Part shown: piece by piece, positions 1 to 8,541 of the stretch
Layout of the letters: every line of letters begins with the position of its first letter
How positions within the stretch are numbered: position 1 is the first letter of the stretch
NCBI GenBank assembly: GCA_049472355.1
Contig: JBLIRP010000084.1
Coordinates: 1-15,857 of the forward strand
DNA length: 15,857 nt
Direction: 5' to 3'
DNA from: a bacterium
Lineage (GTDB): Bacteria; SZUA-182; DTGQ01; JAFGSM01
Position numbers and translations under genes: made by a program
Notes under the pieces: model-generated
Told to the model about the DNA's origin: nothing
Seen by the model: the letters and a program-made list of their open reading frames with translations, nothing else
Database searches by the model: none

Positions 1-439
1 ATGCATGGCCAGCCCGTAGAGAAAGGTGCATACAAATGTGAGGTAATGAATGGGGTGAACGGATGGACCGGAATGCTGGGATGAGGATCTCCAAAGCGGA
101 ATAATATCAAAAGAAAGGGGAAATATATCATTCCCATTTTAGTGCCCATAGGATATTTTTATGTGTAGTAATAAATCATGAACAGGCAATCGAAAGAAGC
201 CCCGTAATGGTCAAGATAGCAAAGAAAGGAATTATGATCATGGGCTCTGGTCCCTACTTGAAGACCCGCCAGGAGACATGGATATATTTGGAGGATTTTT
301 TGATCGACGCATCGAAAATGCATGGACCGGTTGAGTGGCAGTGTTTGGATAACCATTCATAAGGCAGGTGATGGGCAGGCACAGTTTCAATTCCACAATA
401 ATTTCCTCAATAACGTAACCTTTAGAGGAGGAGAAAAAA

Positions 440-1897
440 ATGCGATCCCATAAACGCTGGATGCCGGTAATGCTCATTGTGGCCCTGTTATTTTTTGCAG
501 TCGGCATGATCGTGGCCTCAAGGATGAACTTCACACCATCATGCATCTCGAGTACCGAGAAATCGGAGAACCAAGGGGAAAACCAGGCCATCACTCAGGA
601 TACCTTTGTGCAGATTGCAGGGGAGTATAACTCGACGGTGGTATATATCAGCTCGACCCAGGTAATAAAGGGTATTCAGGGATTTCAACCCCCTCTACAG
701 GGCCCGTTTCAAGACTTCTTCGGCGATGATTTTTTCGATAAATTCTTCAATATACCCAGAGGCGATCTCAAGCAGAAGAGCCTCGGCTCAGGATTTATCA
801 TAGACCAAGAGGGCTATATCCTTACCAATAACCATGTTGTTGCCAATGCAGAGGATATCCTGGTCACACTCACCGATGAAAATGAATACAAGGCTAAGGT
901 TATCGGGAAGGACGAGGATATGGATATAGCACTTCTCAAGATCGATGCACAGGAAGCCCTTCCGGTAACCAAGCTGGGGGATTCCGATGCCCTCCGGATC
1001 GGGGAGTGGGTTGTCGCGATCGGCAATCCCTTCGGCCTCGAGCACACCGTGACTGCAGGTATTGTCAGCGCAAAATGGCGAAGCATCAGTCAGGGCCCTT
1101 ACAGCTCCTTTATCCAGACGGATGCCTCCATAAACCCGGGAAACAGCGGAGGCCCTCTGTTCAATATCAATGGAGAGGTAGTCGGGATCAATACGGCCAT
1201 TATTCAAGAGGGCCAGGGGATCGGTTTTGCCATTCCGATCAATATGGTCAAGGAGGTCCTGGATGATCTGAAACATGAAGGGAGGATCAGGAGGGGCTGG
1301 CTGGGACTGATGATACAAAAAGTGACCCCGGATCTTGCAAAATCCTTTGGCCTCAAAGACAACAAGGGTGCCCTTGTATCCGAGGTGGTAAAGGGAAGCC
1401 CTGCAGACAAGGCAGGTATCAAGAGCGGGGATGTGATCGTTCGCTTCAATGGCAAGGAAATCAAAGAATTTTCGGATCTGTCCCGCTATGCAGGACTAAC
1501 AAAGCCAGGCACCACAGTGAAGCTTGCAATCATCCGAGAAGGGAAAATGATGGATCTATCCGTAGAATTGGGTGAATTCGAGAAAAGCGAAAAGGTTGCC
1601 ATGGGTATGGGAGAAGAGAAATCCGACATCGGTATCACCGTGCAGAACATCACCCCGGAATTGGCCAGATCCTTCAATGTAAAGCCCTCGGAAGGTGTGC
1701 TCGTTGTGGATGTAAAACCGAACAGCCTTGCTGACAAGGCAGGCATGCAGCGGGGGGACGTGATCCTCGAGGTCAACCGCAAAAAGGTGAGTGACACCAG
1801 CGATTTTCAAAAGCTCATCAAGGCATCCCAGGGCGATACACTCCTCTTCCTGATCTCCAGGGGCGCTCACCTTCTCTACGTCGCAATAGGCCGATAG
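440..1897 (+). CDS. degP: HtrA/DegP-DegQ family periplasmic serine endoprotease (trypsin domain + 2 PDZ)
   Basis: N-terminal hydrophobic segment; catalytic triad motifs LTNNHVV (His), DIALLKI (Asp), GNSGGPL (Ser); SLGSGFII and IQTDASINPG; two PDZ domains (GWLGLMIQ...SPADKAGIKSGDVI; IGITVQ...SLADKAGMQRGDVI); RBS GAGGAGG just upstream. degP vs degQ cannot be resolved by eye. Confidence 0.95.
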   Translation: MRSHKRWMPVMLIVALLFFAVGMIVASRMNFTPSCISSTEKSENQGENQAITQDTFVQIAGEYNSTVVYISSTQVIKGIQGFQPPLQGPFQDFFGDDFFDKFFNIPRGDLKQKSLGSGFIIDQEGYILTNNHVVANAEDILVTLTDENEYKAKVIGKDEDMDIALLKIDAQEALPVTKLGDSDALRIGEWVVAIGNPFGLEHTVTAGIVSAKWRSISQGPYSSFIQTDASINPGNSGGPLFNINGEVVGINTAIIQEGQGIGFAIPINMVKEVLDDLKHEGRIRRGWLGLMIQKVTPDLAKSFGLKDNKGALVSEVVKGSPADKAGIKSGDVIVRFNGKEIKEFSDLSRYAGLTKPGTTVKLAIIREGKMMDLSVELGEFEKSEKVAMGMGEEKSDIGITVQNITPELARSFNVKPSEGVLVVDVKPNSLADKAGMQRGDVILEVNRKKVSDTSDFQKLIKASQGDTLLFLISRGAHLLYVAIGR

Positions 1898-2091
1898 GGG
1901 AGAAGCCGGAGAAGGATTATCCTGAGGCCCTCGCATCCAGCGGTCATGGAGAGAACTGACGTTACGGCACGTTCCTTCATGTATGGATCCGTGTATGTAT
2001 ATCGTTGAGAAATGGTTATGAACACTCTCATCACGCTATACCGACAGGTCTTTTCGATCTTGCAGTTGATATGGCGGAAAGGAGGGAAGGA

Positions 2092-3225
2092 ATGTTCGGT
2101 AAAAAGATACGGTTGTTCAACCTGTTTGGGTTTGAAGTCGGGATAGACCTGAGTTGGATAATTCTCGCCTGCCTTATTACCTGGACCTTGGCCGAATGGG
2201 TGTTCCCCCATTACTACAAGGGCCTTTCCCCAACCATTTATTTGATTATGGGAATAGCAGGGGCCCTGGGACTTTTTGCATCCATCATCTTTCATGAGCT
2301 TCTCCATTCCCTGGTTGCCCGGAGGTTCGGACTGCCCATGAAAGGGATCACCCTTTTTATCTTCGGAGGGGTTGCAGAGATGGTTGAAGAGCCCCCCAGT
2401 CCAAGGGCCGAATTGATGATGGCCATTGCCGGCCCTCTCTCCAGCATCTGTCTCGGACTGGTATGTTTGGGGATCCTCTTTTGGGGAAGGCTAAAGGGCT
2501 GGCCCATATATTTGAATGGGGTAATCAGCTATCTCGCTTACATCAACCTCATACTGGCTGCCTTTAACCTTCTGCCGGCATTCCCATTGGATGGGGGCCG
2601 TGTACTTCGTGCAATTCTTTGGGGGTGGAAGGACAACCTTCGATGGGCCACCCATACCGCCTCTCAGATCGGCACGGCATTCAGCTTCCTATTTATGATT
2701 CTGGGCGTGCTCTTTGTCTTCACGGGGGATTTTATCGATGGCATATGGTGGTTTTTGATCGGGATGTTTTTGAGGAATGCATCCCAGGCATCGTATATAC
2801 AGGTGCTTATTCGAAAGGCATTGGAGGGTGAGAAGGTGAGGAGATTCATGAATGATCACCCGGTGACAGTCCCCCCTTCCATCTCTGTGGATGATCTCGT
2901 CAACAACTATATTTACAGGCATCATTTCAAGATGTTCCCTGTGGAGGAAAACGGAAGGCTCATCGGCTGTGTCACCCTCAGCCAGGTCAAGGAAATCCCT
3001 GAGGAAGAAAGGAGCAGGCACACGGTAAGGGAACTGGTGAAGGGATGCTCAAGTGAGAATAGCATCAGCCCGGATGAGGACGCCATAAAGGCCCTTACCC
3101 TCATGAGTCGATCGCGATCAAGCCGCCTCATGGTAGTGGATGACGAAAGGCTTGTCGGCATCATTTCCCTGAAGGACATGACAAAACTGCTCTCCCTCAA
3201 AATGGATCTGGGTGAACCTGATTGA
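2092..3225 (+). CDS. M50-family site-2 intramembrane zinc metalloprotease with C-terminal CBS pair
   Basis: HELLH (HExxH), ITLFIFGGVA, AIAGPLSS and NLLPAFPLDGGRVLRA (NxxPxxxLDGG); several TM segments; two CBS repeats (FPVEENGRLIGCVT; LMVVDDERLVGIISLKD). Start moved from TTG 2005 to in-frame ATG 2092, which follows GGAGGGAAGG (2081-2090). Confidence 0.93.
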   Translation: MFGKKIRLFNLFGFEVGIDLSWIILACLITWTLAEWVFPHYYKGLSPTIYLIMGIAGALGLFASIIFHELLHSLVARRFGLPMKGITLFIFGGVAEMVEEPPSPRAELMMAIAGPLSSICLGLVCLGILFWGRLKGWPIYLNGVISYLAYINLILAAFNLLPAFPLDGGRVLRAILWGWKDNLRWATHTASQIGTAFSFLFMILGVLFVFTGDFIDGIWWFLIGMFLRNASQASYIQVLIRKALEGEKVRRFMNDHPVTVPPSISVDDLVNNYIYRHHFKMFPVEENGRLIGCVTLSQVKEIPEEERSRHTVRELVKGCSSENSISPDEDAIKALTLMSRSRSSRLMVVDDERLVGIISLKDMTKLLSLKMDLGEPD

Positions 3226-3356
3226 TAAATCTATCCGGCTGATACGTCCGATTTTTTTCTGATACCACATTGCCTTATCTGAATTAGGATATTCAAAGAA
3301 CTTCAATTTGTCACAACAACTATCCATAGAAAATGTAATATAAGAATGGAAAAGGA

Positions 3357-4100
3357 TTATTCCTTCCCTGTCTCCGGCTCGATATTGAACAACATCAGCT
3401 TGATGAGGGGATACCCCTCGGTGAGGGCCATATACGCATGGATGGTGGTGGTTATGATGAAGATCCACATTATCGCCACGTGGATGATATGCATGAGGAG
3501 CACGCCATCAAACAGGGTCAAATCAATCCAGCCAAGCAGGATGTCCGGAAGCAAAATCGCCACACCGGTTACCCCCTGGAGAATAAGTATTATCCAGAAC
3601 ATGTTATAGGTAAGCTTCTGAAGGGAGGCGAATTTCCCCACCTGGGGATGGTCGTCCTGAAGGAAGAGGTAGTATCTGATCACCGCGGGGGTGGTGAGGA
3701 TATCCTGTTTGCCGAAGGCGAAGTCCCGATACGTCTTCGTTTCGCCTGCAAAGGCGTATATGAACCTGGCAACCAGATTCGCCAGGATGGCGGCAGCTAA
3801 ACCATAGTGAATGCTCTTCCATAACCACAGGTATGATTGTAACACCTTGTAGCGTATAAGAAACCCGGTCAGAATGAGGCCGATGATCGAAACGAGGTGC
3901 ATCCAGTGCATCGTGCGCGCGGGAGGCGGGATGTATTCCTCCTTGGTCACCCTTTTGTGGCGGCCCATAATGTATCGCTCGCCAATGCGGCCGATGATGA
4001 TATTGCCGAGAAGGTGCAAAAACAGCCCCACGAGCACAACGTAATAAACCACAAAGAACCACCGGTCCAGGAGGCAGTTCACCACATTGATGATATGCAT
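3357..4100 (-). CDS. Di-heme cytochrome b, Ni/Fe-hydrogenase/FdnI-type cytochrome b subunit family
   Basis: TM helices carrying His ligands in family-typical contexts: RTMHWMHLVSIIGLILTG, SIHYGLA, GKFASLQKLTY (cf. KYNPxQKxxY), HIIHVAIMWIFIITTTIHAYMA. Starts 6 nt after the stop of the upstream cytochrome c. Confidence 0.88.
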   Translation of the reverse strand: MHIINVVNCLLDRWFFVVYYVVLVGLFLHLLGNIIIGRIGERYIMGRHKRVTKEEYIPPPARTMHWMHLVSIIGLILTGFLIRYKVLQSYLWLWKSIHYGLAAAILANLVARFIYAFAGETKTYRDFAFGKQDILTTPAVIRYYLFLQDDHPQVGKFASLQKLTYNMFWIILILQGVTGVAILLPDILLGWIDLTLFDGVLLMHIIHVAIMWIFIITTTIHAYMALTEGYPLIKLMLFNIEPETGKE

Positions 4101-4106
4101 GTCGTC

Positions 4107-4868
4107 CTATTCCATGGCAAAGGTTTTCTGGTTGTGGCATTCCAGGCAGTCAGGTCCATTTTCCCCATCGTGAACATCCTCGTGACATCGGGTGCAGGTA
4201 AAATCGGTGCCTTTGTATCTTGTTGTGAGGCCCGACCCTGATGGGTAATGCCCGTATTCCATTCTGTGGCATTCGCTGCACTGAAGATCAAGGTGTCTCC
4301 CTTGCGGGCTCCTCTCGCCCTCCTTGTGCCGATAGTCGGCAATGCGGAAGCTGTCTTTGCCGTGACATGCATCACATGCGGGACCGAGCTGGCCCAGATG
4401 AAAATCCTTATGGCAGTCGATACACCTGGTCTTATACAGGAGATAGCTGCCAATCTCATGGCATGCGGTGCACCTGAGGAGCGTGTGACTTCCCTCGAGT
4501 GGCCATCCGGTCAGGTGGTGATCGAACGTCTCGACATCAAGCGTTATGAGATCATTGTTTCTGCCGTGGTGCTCGGAGTGGCAATAGGCACATTCGGTGG
4601 TCACCCTGGCATGAAGCCCGGCATTCATTCTGATCCTCTCCATGATTGCGGAATGGCACGGAAGACACTTTTGATTATCGACAATATGTCCCTCGCTATG
4701 GCACAGCTTACACCCCCCCGGCCTGTAGAGTGATTCGTGGGACATGCAGAGCGGTCCGGGCTCAACCATCCTCGACCAGGGGATCTGAAGGCCTGTATAC
4801 AGAAGGGCACAAAACAGGACGATCACTACAACAAAGAGGATGAGCGTCCTTTTTCTATACGTATCCAT
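4107..4868 (-). CDS. Membrane-anchored nonaheme cytochrome c
   Basis: Nine CxxCH motifs: CKLCH, CLPCH, CAYCH, CTACH, CIDCH, CDACH, CSECH, CTRCH, CLECH. N-terminal basic plus hydrophobic anchor (RKRTLILFVVVIVLFCALLY). Extra His as candidate distal ligands (FDHHLTGWPLEGSH, QGRH, EDVH). Confidence 0.95.
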   Translation of the reverse strand: MDTYRKRTLILFVVVIVLFCALLYTGLQIPWSRMVEPGPLCMSHESLYRPGGCKLCHSEGHIVDNQKCLPCHSAIMERIRMNAGLHARVTTECAYCHSEHHGRNNDLITLDVETFDHHLTGWPLEGSHTLLRCTACHEIGSYLLYKTRCIDCHKDFHLGQLGPACDACHGKDSFRIADYRHKEGERSPQGRHLDLQCSECHRMEYGHYPSGSGLTTRYKGTDFTCTRCHEDVHDGENGPDCLECHNQKTFAME

Positions 4869-4990
4869 GAGATCACCAAATATATGCCAATACCTGATTA
4901 CCTGCCATGCCTCGAGAGAAAAGAGCCGAACACTGCAATGAGGAAAAAACCAGTATGATTATTCGTATCGGGGCATACATGTCGATGGCC

Positions 4991-5032
4991 TGTATAATTT
5001 ATACATTAATAGATGGATCGGATGAAAGTCAA
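4991..5032 (-). promoter_or_regulatory. Candidate sigma70 promoter with overlapping palindromic operator for the cytochrome c/b pair
   Basis: Minus strand TTGACT (5032-5027), 18-nt spacer, TAATGT (5008-5003). Inverted repeat TGTATAA-T-TTATACA at 4991-5005 overlaps the -10/+1 region. Confidence 0.45.
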
Positions 5033-5653
5033 GGAAGTTTCAAGGAGGCCCCTACCCATTCAATTCCCAGCTTTCTTGAGATAATCATCCCTGGATCCAT
5101 CCTCCATTGATCGATTCCCTTTCATTCAATCAAGAGAGAAAAGGGCGGCATGAAGAGGGAAAAGGCGGCTTCCGGCCCGATCACGCGGGTGTATGCGTCA
5201 AGGACGAGCTGCACAACAATGCGGTTGCGATCGAGGAACATCTGGAGAAGTAAGGATGAGCGACGATCCGCACGGAAAGCCCCTTTATCCAGGACACCAC
5301 ATACGGTCGTTTCTGTCGCGTGAACCTATGCATGCATAGACCTCATCAGTTCCTTCCTTCTTTTTACTTTTTTTCGTATAATATATATATTATATATAAA
5401 AGTAGGTCATTTCTTATTGCCCATTTTCCTCTAAGAATACGGGTGACAGATTTTCATCATTCTGTGATCCATCAATAATTATTGAAATTTTCTTTACCTC
5501 GCATACGAGGAGAATTGGCGGAAGGGGAAGTTCGATCGTCCTCTTTGCCATGCACCGATAGGCATACCTGTCCTCCATGTGGTAAGTGACGCATCATTTT
5601 ATTCACATCATTGTTTTTGCACATATGAGCTTCTCTTTTTGCAGATCAACGGA

Positions 5654-5704
5654 TTGAGGCGGCAACGCCTTCAACAACCTTTATCATCCTTAAAAAAGGG
5701 AGGT
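5654..5704 (+). promoter_or_regulatory. 5'-leader GNRA stem-loop and strong RBS of the 776-aa gene
   Basis: TTG-AGGCG-GCAA-CGCCT-T-CAA hairpin (5654-5674) with a GCAA tetraloop; GGAGGT at 5699-5704, 8 nt before ATG 5713. Confidence 0.5.
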
Positions 5705-5712
5705 GCACAGTC

Positions 5713-8043
5713 ATGAACAGGACAATGAAGACCTTGACAGTGTGTCTGGCGCTGGCCCTGGCCATCATAATGGCCGGCTCACATGCTCTTGCCCAGGTGG
5801 GGTTCGGGTTACCTCCCCTCTGGGAGTTCCCTTCATTCTCGAGCCAACCGCTCCAGGTCCCCACATGGGAGGATCCCTTTGAAGGTGAAGGGGACATTCT
5901 GATCGACAACTTCGAGTACTGGGACAGCCCGTACAATCACGGGTGGAGGCAGTCAGAGCCTGCATACCCCGTATACGGATTCGGCATGGGTTATGCCACG
6001 ATATTCAATACCGTTCTGGATCTCCAGGAGGGAAGCAGGGTGCTCGACGTGTACCGGCCTGCCTCCGTTTTCCTGCTCGGCACGCCCTATGAAAAACATG
6101 CCATACTCTATTCCCTGTTCACCCCTGCAAGCGCTGCCAATCCCGATGTCACCGCCGGAATCCGCATGATGATGAACAGGGTGGTGAGCTTCGATTTCAG
6201 GGCGCCCCTCGGTATCGAGCCGTGGGATATCTTCGAGCTCGACGTCATAGGCGAAGCGGACCCGAACCTGAGCGACAACCTGATCACCGTAAAGCTCATT
6301 CCCTTACAGCCTCCTGCAGGCTCCTGCTTAGGCCCCATGAACAAGACCATGGGCATGTACGGGATCATGTCGGGCGTTACCGGGTACAACCCTGCCGGTC
6401 AGATCGAGGTAACGGTAAGCCTGGGCCGCGGCATGCTCGACGGTTCCTGGCACGCCGTATGGGTGGATCTTATCGATGCGGTGAAGACCGCAGTGGATTC
6501 CTTCGATGACATCGATACTGCCGACAAAGCCGATTGGTACATCGCCAGGGCAGATGCCGTGCTGGTGAGCGGGCAGATGTTCCGCCTTGACAACCTCATG
6601 TTCAGGGAATACCACCCCCATGGAGATATGCATGACCACATGCTCATGGAGCCCAACTTCTTCGAGATGGGTCCGCTCTTCGCCCAGATCTTCGAGCCGT
6701 ATACCTATCTGTTCATGGCGGAGTACGGCATGGGCATGGGAGGGATCAAGGTTACCGACCTGATGCTCGATCCTGAGAATTTCCTTCTGGTCGAGGACCC
6801 CAATGATCCCAACGACCCGGTGGTCAAATACTGGACCGACCTGGGCGCCGACCCCAACCTGTTCGGCCAGGATGATCCCAACATGGCGGAACTATTCGAT
6901 CGAACCGGCTTTGTGGTGGATCTGGGACTTCCGATCTTTGCCGATCCAAACATGAGGATGTCCGCATCCGGACCCAGCGCCGACGTGAAGTCCGGTATCA
7001 TCGATGCAGGCACCCTCGGGTGGAACGCCACCGTCAATGGATATGGCGCAAACGGCATCCAGGCCTTCCTGCTTCAGCAGTTGCCTGTATACCCCTATGA
7101 CGGCATGCCGACCTATATCCCGTCACACCACGACGCACTAAAGGTAGTGGAGAGGTACGGCAAGCCCTTCTTCAGGCCGGACCTCGTGTACCTTCTGGAG
7201 GGGGCACTGTGGAATGCGGGGGTAACGGTATGGCCGATGATCGCGGCTCTCAATTACACGCCCCAATACTTCGAGGACCTCATCGTGACCATCGAGGTGA
7301 CCAACGGTATGTACTCGGACGTGAGGACATTTCCCATCAGCGTGGTCAACTACCCGGTGGAGAACTATCCTCCCGTGGTCCAGGTAATGGTTCACGACCG
7401 GATCTTCTACGTCGGAGAGCCTGGTGAATACCTCGTGAGCTTCCTGGATCCCGACTGCTTCATCTTCTCTCGATCACCTGCCCCCGCCACCACCCATGTG
7501 CCCGGATTCCCCATCAACGCAAGCTTCCGGACCGACATGGAGGGATTGGTGTGGAACTTGACCATCAACGGTCTTCCCAACTACCAGTACGGCCCTTGGA
7601 TCGAGCAGATCATCCAGCCGTGCAGCGGGCTCATTAGCTGGGTGCCGAAATTCGAGGGGGCCTACGATACCATCGTGACCTGCACCGATGCGCGCGGTGC
7701 CATGGGATTCGAGGATTTCACCATCTTTGCCGTCAACCGGGGCACATGGCTGAACCATCCCCCCATCATCCTGCACATGCCCACCCATCCACTGGTGATC
7801 AAGGCGGGAGAGGAATTCATCGTCAACGCGCACAATCTGATGGTCGAGGACCCCGACGGAGATGAGCTCTACGCCTCCTGCAATATTGGTACTTGCGGCC
7901 GCGCACAGGATGGCTCCTTCATCTGGAAATTCCAGAGCAACTTCCCGGGCATGTATATGGTACAGATCGTGTTTTACGACATCAGGGGGGGATACGCCAT
8001 TCTCCACATGCACGTGCAGGTAAAACCATGGTGGAGCTATTAA
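5713..8043 (+). CDS. Exported acidic Met/His-rich hypothetical protein with probable C-terminal Ig/cadherin-like beta-sandwich domains (candidate surface protein)
   Basis: 776-aa ORF with strong RBS, Sec signal peptide ending ALA|Q, visibly C-ending codon preference and its own terminator. C-terminal repeats begin NYPP/NHPP and contain DPD and TDxRG/YDxRGG motifs typical of cadherin-like/Ig domains. No CxxCH and no recognised catalytic motif. The gene itself is secure; its function is not. Confidence 0.8.
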   Translation: MNRTMKTLTVCLALALAIIMAGSHALAQVGFGLPPLWEFPSFSSQPLQVPTWEDPFEGEGDILIDNFEYWDSPYNHGWRQSEPAYPVYGFGMGYATIFNTVLDLQEGSRVLDVYRPASVFLLGTPYEKHAILYSLFTPASAANPDVTAGIRMMMNRVVSFDFRAPLGIEPWDIFELDVIGEADPNLSDNLITVKLIPLQPPAGSCLGPMNKTMGMYGIMSGVTGYNPAGQIEVTVSLGRGMLDGSWHAVWVDLIDAVKTAVDSFDDIDTADKADWYIARADAVLVSGQMFRLDNLMFREYHPHGDMHDHMLMEPNFFEMGPLFAQIFEPYTYLFMAEYGMGMGGIKVTDLMLDPENFLLVEDPNDPNDPVVKYWTDLGADPNLFGQDDPNMAELFDRTGFVVDLGLPIFADPNMRMSASGPSADVKSGIIDAGTLGWNATVNGYGANGIQAFLLQQLPVYPYDGMPTYIPSHHDALKVVERYGKPFFRPDLVYLLEGALWNAGVTVWPMIAALNYTPQYFEDLIVTIEVTNGMYSDVRTFPISVVNYPVENYPPVVQVMVHDRIFYVGEPGEYLVSFLDPDCFIFSRSPAPATTHVPGFPINASFRTDMEGLVWNLTINGLPNYQYGPWIEQIIQPCSGLISWVPKFEGAYDTIVTCTDARGAMGFEDFTIFAVNRGTWLNHPPIILHMPTHPLVIKAGEEFIVNAHNLMVEDPDGDELYASCNIGTCGRAQDGSFIWKFQSNFPGMYMVQIVFYDIRGGYAILHMHVQVKPWWSY

Positions 8044-8061
8044 TGCCTTGGTAAAAACCAC

Positions 8062-8096
8062 GAGAGGGGAGCGGACTACCGCTCCCCTTCTCTTTT
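8062..8096 (+). terminator. Rho-independent terminator after the 776-aa gene
   Basis: Perfect 10-bp stem AGGGGAGCGG (8065-8074), loop ACTA, CCGCTCCCCT (8079-8088), followed by TCTCTTTT; about 20 nt after the stop codon. Confidence 0.85.
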
Positions 8097-8311
8097 ATAC
8101 ACTGCAGGTGGTTTATACGCTTCAGCTTGTTCAAATCCGCAGCCCGAGGGATACCGTAACTCTAATTGGCCCTCTGGTCGATCCGGGTTTAGATCAAAGG
8201 AATCTGGTGAGCAGTGAAGAAATAACGATGTGCCGGGCGATCAATGGCGAAAATGCAGTTGACAGCGGGAAGATGATCCTGCATGAGATTAAAAATGGAT
8301 TATAGGAAAAA

Positions 8312-8341
8312 TTGACTTTTTATTCTCATCGATATTATAGT
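8312..8341 (+). promoter_or_regulatory. Candidate sigma70 promoter for the signalling cluster
   Basis: TTGACT (8312-8317), 18-nt spacer, TATAGT (8336-8341) in an AT-rich tract about 200 nt upstream of the response regulator. Confidence 0.45.
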
Positions 8342-8541
8342 ATAAAAAATAACATCTTGATGCTTCAGCTCATTTCTTTTGTTAATCGATAATTGACAGA
8401 TATTCGCCATATGCTGTGTCTCATTACGCTATCATAATTATCCAATACACTAGCCGATACACCATTACAACATGACGGATTATTGACAAGGGACATGAAC
8501 GATCAATCCGTTTAAGACACACGATTCTCAAGGGATTGACA

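Noticed and set aside
1..84. Open frame MHGQPVEKGAYKCEVMNGVNGWTGMLG* at the window start
   Set aside because: Only 27 codons with no recognisable motif; it may be the tail of an upstream gene but cannot be supported.
1965..1980. Sigma54-like CGGCAC-N5-TTCAT upstream of the M50 gene
   Set aside because: Lacks the essential GC at -12.
4873..4980. 35-aa minus-strand ORF (MYAPIRIIILVF...) just upstream of the nonaheme cytochrome
   Set aside because: No RBS and no recognisable motif; more likely untranslated leader.
4907..5110. 67-aa plus-strand ORF in the intergenic region
   Set aside because: No RBS or motif, and it overlaps the candidate promoter and operator.
7474..8061. Long antisense ORFs (also 788-1318, 9861-10460, 11038-11658, 11865-12734, 14098-14709)
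   Set aside because: Shadows of well-supported genes on the opposite strand, with no motifs of their own.
8048..8305. 85-aa TTG-start ORF after the 776-aa gene
   Set aside because: Runs through the terminator hairpin; no RBS or motif.
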